The notes under the pieces: generated by a model
What the model was told of the DNA's origin: nothing
The model's database searches: none
What the model saw: only the letters and a program-made list of their open reading frames with translations
Position numbers and translations under genes: made by a program
Shown: positions 17,663 through 24,235 of the stretch, one piece after another
Numbering within the stretch: position 1 is the stretch's first letter
How the letters are laid out: the number at the start of each line of letters is the position of its first letter
NCBI GenBank assembly: GCA_016700135.1
Contig: CP065004.1
Location: 810,001 to 842,000, forward strand
Origin: Candidatus Saccharimonadota bacterium
GTDB lineage: Bacteria > Patescibacteriota > Microgenomatia > UBA1406 > GWC2-37-13
Reading direction: 5' to 3'
Length of the DNA: 32,000 nt

Positions 17663-18457
17663 ATGCTGCCTGTTTTACTTGATCTCGGGTTTTTCAAACT
17701 CTACACATTCGGAATATTTCTTGTACTTGCATTTTTCTGGGGAACTTTCTTTTTGTGGAAAAATATTACGCTTACTTCCTACAAAGAGGATGAAATTTTT
17801 GACGGCGTGTTTTTTGCACTTCTCGGCGGGATTTTTGTCGGCAGGATCCAGTTTGTCGCATTGCATTTTTCTGAATTTGGGTACGACATTCTGAAATTTT
17901 TATTGTTAAACGGCTATCCCGGAATCGGTCTTTTAGGTTTTCTTGCCGGCTTTTTCCTGTTCTTTTTGATTTTTGCAAGCTGGAGAAAAATCAATTTTAT
18001 GCGTGCGATCGACTATTTTATTGCACCGTTTTTCCTTGCGATGGCGATTGCAAAGCTCGGAGCATTTTTTTCCGGATCCGAAATCGGGACGCAAACTAAG
18101 TTTTTTCTTGCGCTTTCATATCAGAATCTTGATGGTGCCCGGCATTTGACGGCGTTGTATGAGACACTTGCATACTTTGCCGCCAGTTTCTTTGCGTATA
18201 AAATCGTTCGGTCAATACGGCGCGGAAGTCTCTATGAAGGCTTTAATTTCGTCTTTTTTGTTTGGTATGTGGCACTTGTTACAGTAGTGTTTGATAATCT
18301 GAAAGCATTCAGGGTATCGGTACGGGATATGAGCTTTGATCTAGTTGTTGGCAGTTTGTTGCTCTTGACAGTTAGCCTATACTTCATCTATTATTTTAGG
18401 CAATCGATTTGGATGTCTGTAAAAAGAATTTTTTCATCCAAAAAGAAGAAAAAATAA
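17663..18457 (+). CDS. lgt: Prolipoprotein diacylglyceryl transferase (Lgt)-family membrane protein, divergent
   Basis: 264 aa and polytopic. RHLTALYETL matches the Lgt RHPTQLYE signature and GRIQFV matches GRIGY. Other conserved Lgt positions (the GRLGNF region) are divergent, reading AKLGAFF. Confidence 0.55.
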   Translation: MLPVLLDLGFFKLYTFGIFLVLAFFWGTFFLWKNITLTSYKEDEIFDGVFFALLGGIFVGRIQFVALHFSEFGYDILKFLLLNGYPGIGLLGFLAGFFLFFLIFASWRKINFMRAIDYFIAPFFLAMAIAKLGAFFSGSEIGTQTKFFLALSYQNLDGARHLTALYETLAYFAASFFAYKIVRSIRRGSLYEGFNFVFFVWYVALVTVVFDNLKAFRVSVRDMSFDLVVGSLLLLTVSLYFIYYFRQSIWMSVKRIFSSKKKKK

Positions 18458-18481
18458 CCGTTATCATATTTCTTAACCGCT

Positions 18482-18829
18482 ATGTCACGCAAAGAAGATA
18501 TAAAAAAAACATTACTTGCCGAAAAGGAATCGATTCTCAAGAGAATGGAGGACTTGAGAGCTGCAGATCCTTTTAGTGATCCGGATCATGTCGACGACAA
18601 TGCTGCAGTTGATACCGATGTCCGGGAACAGGAAAGTCATCAGCGTATTGAAGCCGAGCTTGAAACTCTGGAGAAGAGACTCGAGAATATTAAAATCGCT
18701 TTGGAACAAAATGAAAACGGGATGTACGGAGTTTGTAAACGATGTAATAAAGATATCCCGCCCAAGCGGCTTCAGTTAATTCCTGAGTCCATTTACTGCG
18801 TGAATTGCGAAGCTGAGCTGACAAAGTAA
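18482..18829 (+). CDS. DksA/TraR-family C4 zinc-finger protein
   Basis: A coiled-coil N-terminal part plus CKRCNKDIPPKRLQLIPESIYCVNC (CxxC-N17-CxxC). Confidence 0.85.
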   Translation: MSRKEDIKKTLLAEKESILKRMEDLRAADPFSDPDHVDDNAAVDTDVREQESHQRIEAELETLEKRLENIKIALEQNENGMYGVCKRCNKDIPPKRLQLIPESIYCVNCEAELTK

Positions 18830-18838
18830 TTCTTACTG

Positions 18839-18866
18839 AAATACGCCTTTCGGATTGAGCGTATTT
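18839..18866 (+). terminator. Hairpin after the dksA-like gene (weak terminator candidate)
   Basis: aaatacgc (18839-18846) and gcgtattt (18859-18866) form a perfect 8-bp stem with a 12-nt loop. The U tract is only the TTT at the end of the stem. Confidence 0.3.
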
Positions 18867-18882
18867 ATGCTAGAGTAGAGGA

Positions 18883-19800
18883 ATGAGGCAAACTCCGATC
18901 GGTACTAAAAGAAAGCCGAAATATCTCTTTTTCTATGTTATCCTTTCTTCATTTATTCTTGGTTATCTGTTGTACAAAGGGGTAACTGTTTTTTCTCATT
19001 CTCTTTTTGTTTCCAGTCCGGACCGTATTAACTTCGTTATGTACGGACCTCAGACAAGGTATTATTCCCTTGATACAAAAACGAATCGGCATTATGAAAT
19101 TTCATTTCCTCCGGATCTGAAGGTAGATGTTCCGGGAGGGTACGGCCAGTATCGGGTCGGTTCGCTGGGTAAACTGGCTGAACTTGACGGCAATGCACAT
19201 CTTTTGGAAAAAACATTTGCTGCAACTACTACGACATTTATTCACTACTATTTCTTCCCGGACAGTGATGAGGTATATTACGGCAGCGATATTGAAGAAT
19301 CTGCAAAAAAACCATCAGTACTGCATGTCCTTTTCTGGTCAGGCAATGCGTCAGTCCTTGATAGATTGTATTTATCGCTTATGCTACTGGGAAAGAAAGA
19401 TACGCAGTTTAATCTGATCAGTTATCGGAAAGAAACGGATAATGTTCTCGGTGATACGGTTTTCAGAAACGATACGTTCATGAAGAAAAGTATCGGTCTG
19501 TTGTATCAGGCAAACTACCGTGAAGAGCAGGCGAGCGTCCAGATTCTGTATCCTCATGAATATAAGACGGCTATGCGTATCAGCACATTACTTGAAGGGA
19601 ACGGCATACGGGTGAGTGATGTATCTCTGGATATTGATCGTTCGGATACCTGTGAGGTGATTTTTTCCACAGAAGTACCTTCACAAACAGCACGGGATAT
19701 ATCATCTTATTTTACCTGTCCGCTGGTAAACGGGAAAACTGATGTATATGATATTATTTTTGTCCTTGGAATGCGGGAAAAGGACTGGGAGATAGAATAA
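18883..19800 (+). CDS. Membrane-anchored LytR-CpsA-Psr (LCP)-like protein with a LytR_C-like tail, degenerate motifs
   Basis: An N-terminal TM helix, then RINFVMYG...YYSLDTKTNRHYEISFPPDLKVDVPG, which parallels the LCP pattern riNiLllG...SIPRD. The C-terminal VQILYPHEYKTAMRISTLLEGNGIRVSDVS resembles LytR_C. Confidence 0.45.
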   Translation: MRQTPIGTKRKPKYLFFYVILSSFILGYLLYKGVTVFSHSLFVSSPDRINFVMYGPQTRYYSLDTKTNRHYEISFPPDLKVDVPGGYGQYRVGSLGKLAELDGNAHLLEKTFAATTTTFIHYYFFPDSDEVYYGSDIEESAKKPSVLHVLFWSGNASVLDRLYLSLMLLGKKDTQFNLISYRKETDNVLGDTVFRNDTFMKKSIGLLYQANYREEQASVQILYPHEYKTAMRISTLLEGNGIRVSDVSLDIDRSDTCEVIFSTEVPSQTARDISSYFTCPLVNGKTDVYDIIFVLGMREKDWEIE

Positions 19801-19814
19801 GGTATACTATCATT

Positions 19815-20006
19815 ATGACAATTTTAATTATTCTTGCAGTACTGTTTCTGATTTCATTTATACTGGCGTGGATTTCAATGAAAGATTTCCACATTCCGAA
19901 AGAAATCAGGAAAATGATTTCAATGAGAAAAATGAAAGGTTCAATTGTGTTTTTTAAGAATAAAGTTGAGCATTACTCTTCTTCTTCCTCTTCGTCTTCC
20001 AATTGA
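19815..20006 (+). CDS. Small membrane protein (63 aa), hypothetical
   Basis: TATACT at 19803-19808 lies 6 nt before the ATG (leaderless layout). The N-terminal TM helix is ILIILAVLFLISFILAWI. The last 34 nt overlap the convergent gene, and the poly-Ser tail is the antisense of that gene's poly-Glu tail. Confidence 0.45.
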   Translation: MTILIILAVLFLISFILAWISMKDFHIPKEIRKMISMRKMKGSIVFFKNKVEHYSSSSSSSSN

Positions 20007-20797
20007 ACGATTGAGCTCAAGTCCTTTTCTTCTTCAAATTCTTCCCATTCCTCGTCATCAAGCTCCAAATCGCCCTCGACAATTTCATCGTCATCTTCTT
20101 CTGATTCATCATCACTCTCACCGTCTTTTTCTTCATCCTGTTCAATCTGATTGATATCTGAAAGCATCACATGAGGGTTGGAAGGGAATGAAGGATACTG
20201 TCGTACCTTTTTCCCTTTTGAAAGTTCTCTGATAAATACAACGACGGCCGTAAGATCAATTTCTTTAATATATGTTTTGTATTCGCTCCCTTCATTGATA
20301 AAGTAGGCGAGACGCTTGGAAATATCATCAGGAAGGCAGCCGAGATATTCATCAGCTGCTGTCCGCACTTCTAATTTTCTCCTTTTTTCTTTTAGAAATA
20401 CCTCTTCGCCGATACTGGTTCCTGCCAAATCCTCTTTTTGTCCGAGATTGACAAGATGTACTGTACGGGTTTTTCCCGGAATATCAATGAAAAGATCAGG
20501 ATCAAATTTCGTTGAGGAACTGTGCCGCTTCTTTTTTTTATTAGAAAGAATGGCAATCTTTTCCAGATGTTCTTCGGCAATATTGTTTTTCGGCTGAAGT
20601 TCCAGCACTTTTTTAAACGCTTTTTTTGCTTCAGTCAGGTTATTCAATTGAAGTTGGGCATATCCTAATCTGAGATATGCATTCATATTATTTTCGTCCT
20701 GTCCGATAATGAGTTTATTTTGTTCTGCTGCTCCTTCCCAGTTTGCTTCTACCGCATAGTCGATTGCTTTTTGTTCAAGGGTGTCAATATTTTCCAT
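19973..20797 (-). CDS. TPR-repeat protein with a central globular domain and a long acidic (Asp/Glu) C-terminal tail
   Basis: The N-terminal region AYLRLGYAQLQLNNLTEAKKAFKKVLELQPKN is a TPR motif. The C-terminal ~60 aa are mostly D/E and end in EDEEEEEE. Confidence 0.7.
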   Translation of the reverse strand: MENIDTLEQKAIDYAVEANWEGAAEQNKLIIGQDENNMNAYLRLGYAQLQLNNLTEAKKAFKKVLELQPKNNIAEEHLEKIAILSNKKKKRHSSSTKFDPDLFIDIPGKTRTVHLVNLGQKEDLAGTSIGEEVFLKEKRRKLEVRTAADEYLGCLPDDISKRLAYFINEGSEYKTYIKEIDLTAVVVFIRELSKGKKVRQYPSFPSNPHVMLSDINQIEQDEEKDGESDDESEEDDDEIVEGDLELDDEEWEEFEEEKDLSSIVQLEDEEEEEE

Positions 20798-20804
20798 TTA
20801 GTTG

Positions 20805-20832
20805 AGTATAAGAAAATTACGTCGAAAGTCAA
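20805..20832 (-). promoter_or_regulatory. Promoter of the TPR gene (leaderless layout)
   Basis: Read on the minus strand: TTGACT (20832-20827), a 16-nt spacer, TATACT (20810-20805), 7 nt, then ATG (20797-20795). Confidence 0.6.
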
Positions 20833-20902
20833 GTGCAAAAAACCGGAATATCAGTACTCAATAATCAGATTTTCTGCTCGGTTTGAGTGTTATACTAGTA
20901 CC

Positions 20903-21772
20903 ATGGCGACTAAGTCTAAATTCTCATTTAATCTGTCGTTTTTATCGTTTAAAAAGCTGACGCCAAACAAGCAAAAGCAAAAAGCATTCAGCTTCATAAA
21001 TGTTATTCCCAAAAGAATCAGGATTGTAATTGCAACGTTACTGATGATGGTACTTCTTACCATAAGCTCATTTTTTACATTCACCGATTCATGGTATATT
21101 TTTATTCCGATTATATTCCTGGTATCGTATATCACGACATATTTTGCGGTCTTTGAAGGGATTGATAGGGTAGAGTGGTATATGTTGTTTGTTGTTCCGA
21201 TTATGCTCGCTATAGCATTGTATCTATTTTATTCACTCCTTCCTGTGAGGTGGCTTACGCGTTTACCGTTTTTGATTCTTTTCTCTCTAGGATACTATGC
21301 GGTGCTGTTGACAATGAATATTTTTAATGTCGGAGTAGAGAGAAGCTTACAGCTGTATCGTGCCGCTTTTTCCATCAATTATCTTACGCAGACATTTATT
21401 ATATTTTTATTTGTATTGGTTATCCTGTCCTTCCGTCTCAATTTTATACTGAATGCATTTATCATTGCTCTTCTTTCTTTTTTTATATCACTGCAACTTT
21501 TTTGGACAGTAAAACTGGAAAAAACTTTTGACAGAAAACTTCTTATTTTTAGCGGAGTTCTTGCTTTACTTTTGCTTGAAGTATCGCTTCTCGTTTCATT
21601 TATGCCGATCAGAATCAATGTAATTGCCCTCATTTTGACCTCATTTTATTACAGCCTAACAGGCATTGTATACAACTACCTTGCTGACAGACTTTTCAAG
21701 AACACGCTTCGCGAATATGCCTTTGTTATGGTTTTTGTGCTTTTTATTACAGTCCTGACGCTCCAATGGTGA
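20903..21772 (+). CDS. Polytopic membrane protein (289 aa, about 8 TM helices), hypothetical
   Basis: Start chosen at ATG 20903 (MATKSKFSF...). TATACT at 20891-20896 lies 6 nt upstream. The track start at 20720 would overlap the divergent TPR gene and its promoter. Confidence 0.7.
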   Translation: MATKSKFSFNLSFLSFKKLTPNKQKQKAFSFINVIPKRIRIVIATLLMMVLLTISSFFTFTDSWYIFIPIIFLVSYITTYFAVFEGIDRVEWYMLFVVPIMLAIALYLFYSLLPVRWLTRLPFLILFSLGYYAVLLTMNIFNVGVERSLQLYRAAFSINYLTQTFIIFLFVLVILSFRLNFILNAFIIALLSFFISLQLFWTVKLEKTFDRKLLIFSGVLALLLLEVSLLVSFMPIRINVIALILTSFYYSLTGIVYNYLADRLFKNTLREYAFVMVFVLFITVLTLQW

Positions 21773-22271
21773 TATAACTGAAAATATAATTTCAGAAAAA
21801 AACATCGACACGCCGAAGTAGAGAAGAGAGGAGAGGGGGAAGAATGTTTATAAAATTAACGTTCGTGAAATATTCGATTATATCCTATAATAATATTTAA
21901 TTATTATAAGATAATTAATAAAATTCACGTACGTACATAATTGATGCATTTTGATACACTTCGATGCTGTCTGCCAGAAGTATGTGGATAACTTAGGCCG
22001 TCAGAACTGCTACTATTCTCTTAAGGGCCTTCCTACAATCCCTACGTGATATCTTTGTGTATCACAAAAGGTCAGTGCCTCTCTCGAGCGGAGTAAGCCC
22101 GACTCTCAAGGTTATTTGCCGAAAAGAGAGGTAAAAAGTGCGATATTGAGTAAAAATAAAAAAATAAAAAATAATTTATTCCGATAAAAAAGAGGAATAA
22201 TAATTCTATTCCTTCGATTTAAGCAGTTATGGATATCGGCAAAATTAGACATAAACCGAGCCGGAGAACGG

Positions 22272-22616
22272 AATATATAAAACGTCGTAAATTGTATCTT
22301 TTACGACGTTTAGTCAAAATGAGAGGAGAGAGAAGCGATTTTTTGCAAATTTGTATTTTGTGTTTTTTTTCGTTTATTTTTGTTTTTTATTTTTAATCTT
22401 TCTGGAAATGACCTCATTTACTTCTCCCGGGCTGTGTCCTGGTTTGTGGCATGTGCCGCTACCCTATTATAGATTACTGTGACAGTCTAAATGGCATTTA
22501 TAGACTCAATTCTCCTCTATTTCGTGCTTATCTGTTCGGAGAACTCTTACTGATAGGATTGTTATATCAACCTTATTGCTGTGAGTTTGTTTTTTATGGT
22601 ACAGTCAGGCCCGGAT
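22272..22616 (-). ncRNA. Predicted orphan transcript (candidate sRNA or antisense RNA), ends inferred from promoter and terminator
   Basis: Bounded by the minus-strand promoter at 22651-22623 and the 12-bp hairpin at 22311-22280. There is no credible ORF, and several internal helices are readable by eye. Details are in the findings. Confidence 0.3.
22280..22311 (-). terminator. Perfect 12-bp hairpin, terminator-like on the minus strand
   Basis: aaacgtcgtaaa (22280-22291) pairs with tttacgacgttt (22300-22311) around the loop ttgtatct. On the minus strand it is followed by tatatattcc (U/A-rich). On the plus strand it is followed by agtcaaaatg. Confidence 0.4.
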
Positions 22617-22622
22617 AGGGCG

Positions 22623-22651
22623 ACTATATGTTTGTGCCGCGTTATGGGCAA
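22623..22651 (-). promoter_or_regulatory. Sigma-70-like promoter with no downstream ORF
   Basis: Minus strand: TTGCCC (22651-22646), a 17-nt spacer, then TATAGT (22628-22623). AT-rich sequence (atttataag) lies immediately upstream. Confidence 0.4.
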
Positions 22652-22875
22652 CTTATAAATGAACGTTTTTCTTTGGAACGATGATGAGAGAATTATTTAT
22701 CTGCGCTTTTAGGAAATGCATCGAAGACTTGTTGTTTTATACCGATTGTACTTAAATCGACTTTAAAAAGATGATACTTTATACGTCTCAAATCCCAGAG
22801 AGGCCTATTTGGGCGTTTTTTATGGGTGCGATATAGAATAGGCTGTTATAACAGTCTATACGCACATTGACTGTT

Positions 22876-24087
22876 TTATTTTTTTTCATGAAGTACCTTC
22901 TTTAGGGTTGTTATAAGTTTCTGTGAGTCATTTTTTGAAATGTTAGTCGGGAGTTTTACCAGTTTTGGAATCTGTTGTTCACACTTCGGGCATTTGTTCG
23001 GTTTGTATCCGAATAAGTGATGATTAATCTGTCCGTTTTGTAAAGTGAATAGTTCCGTTCCGAGTGAGATATTGTATTGTTTGAGTTTTTTAATAAGAGG
23101 CAGTGGATTGGAAGTTATAAGCGGAAACAAAGTAAGAGCAGAGTCCGGAATAGGAGAGTTCGATATTTTTTTATTGTATGCAGCAACCGATCTTTTTCGC
23201 TTCAGTAAGACGTCGTTAAATCCATCGAGCTGCTTCATCAAAAATATTCCGCAAATATTGGGATAGGTTTTTAGATATAAAGAGTCAAACTGACCTTTCA
23301 TTTCCTTTCTTGTCATCGCAGGCGGGATCAGATTGAACTGCTTCATCATAAAATGCAATAATTTGCCGATGTAAATATCGTAGGTTTTTTTTATTAGTAC
23401 AGAGGCGATTTTATAGGTTATGATCTGTAAAATCGTCCAGAATGAAGCGTTGGGTATGTTTTTTTCTACATCCCGCATTATTTCGGCGTTCTTTTTTCCC
23501 CTCGTGATAATAGCGCCGCCGAAAACTGAAGAGATTGCTGCAGAGCGGGAAAATGACATAATTACCGCTGTTGTAAAACGCTTCTGTTTAAACAAGGCTG
23601 CATCAAACCCCTGCGTGACATCTTCAAGGACATTCAATTTTTTTTCTTTTGCAAAGGCTAATATCTTCTTGCGGTCTTTGGGTACAATACCGAAGGGATG
23701 CCTTAATATCAGAAACTTCGCCTTCGGGGAATATTTTTTTTCAAGATCCTGAATATCCATACTAAAATCATCTTCATGAATATCTACATATACCGGCTTG
23801 AGTTTGTGTTCCAGAATAGGAAGCAGACAGTTAGCAGGTGTAAATCCCGAAACTAACACTTCTGTCTCAGCAGGGAAGGAAAGAGTTTTTATATATTGAT
23901 ACAATGCTCCGCGTGCTGATAAGAAAAAGCTGATATGGCAGTCAGAAGTGAAGAATCTGCTTTTAAGACGTCGTTTAAGATTATTCATTTCCTTACCTCT
24001 CCTCCACTTCCAAGGTTGAAAAAACAGTCCAAATGCAAGAATTGCATCTCCCCTACCCTCATTCGGTGCAAATTCAGAAGAAATCAT
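22876..24087 (-). CDS. DegT/DnrJ/EryC1/StrS-family (fold-type I aminotransferase-like) protein lacking the PLP lysine
   Basis: SARGALYQYIKTL...EVLVSGFTPANCLLPILEHKLKPVYVDIHEDDFSMD...LEDVTQGFDA follows the DegT pattern. The SFxxxK segment reads SFSRSAAISSVFGG, with Ala at the Lys position (codon at 23539-23541). Confidence 0.7.
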   Translation of the reverse strand: MISSEFAPNEGRGDAILAFGLFFQPWKWRRGKEMNNLKRRLKSRFFTSDCHISFFLSARGALYQYIKTLSFPAETEVLVSGFTPANCLLPILEHKLKPVYVDIHEDDFSMDIQDLEKKYSPKAKFLILRHPFGIVPKDRKKILAFAKEKKLNVLEDVTQGFDAALFKQKRFTTAVIMSFSRSAAISSVFGGAIITRGKKNAEIMRDVEKNIPNASFWTILQIITYKIASVLIKKTYDIYIGKLLHFMMKQFNLIPPAMTRKEMKGQFDSLYLKTYPNICGIFLMKQLDGFNDVLLKRKRSVAAYNKKISNSPIPDSALTLFPLITSNPLPLIKKLKQYNISLGTELFTLQNGQINHHLFGYKPNKCPKCEQQIPKLVKLPTNISKNDSQKLITTLKKVLHEKK

Positions 24088-24235
24088 TTGTGCACAATAA
24101 GTGAATCTATTAATGTACCCGGCAATTTACCGTCTAAAAGAATTACGGTGCTCTTGTCTACCTTTAAGAGTAACTGTTTTTGAAGATGCGAGACGTCGTT
24201 AAATGTAAATACTCTCTCTTCTTTCTTGCTGTGAT

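Noticed and set aside
19973-20006. Poly-serine C-terminus (SSSSSSSSN) of the 63-aa protein as a functional low-complexity tail.
   Set aside because: It is exactly the reverse-complement reading of the GAA/GAG-rich poly-Glu tail of the convergent TPR gene. It is most simply a consequence of the 34-nt 3' overlap.
20720-20902. 61-codon N-terminal extension of the membrane protein ORF (track start 20720).
   Set aside because: It overlaps the divergent TPR gene start and its promoter, and it is Cys/Phe-rich with no TM logic. A -10 box sits 6 nt before the internal ATG at 20903.
22151-22397. An A-rich tract (22151-22176) and a T-rich tract (22373-22397) form an imperfect ~23-nt inverted repeat flanking ~200 bp. 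This could be MITE-like terminal repeats or a long RNA helix.
   Set aside because: Both arms are low-complexity homopolymer-like sequence. Complementarity of A-runs with T-runs is expected by chance in AT-rich spacers, and no target-site duplication is visible.
22598-22625. SRP RNA helix-8-like string: gtcaggcccggataggg compared with GUCAGGUCCGGAAGGAAGC.
   Set aside because: The GNRA tetraloop and the symmetric-loop AGCA motif are missing, and the flanks do not form the long SRP hairpin. The string also overlaps the predicted -10 and +1 of the minus-strand promoter.
22793-22822. Plus-strand terminator candidate: cccagagaggcctatttggg followed by cgtttttt.
   Set aside because: Only a 4-bp stem (ccca/tggg) with a 12-nt loop can be drawn, which is too weak to call. 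It may still mark the end of something transcribed on the plus strand.
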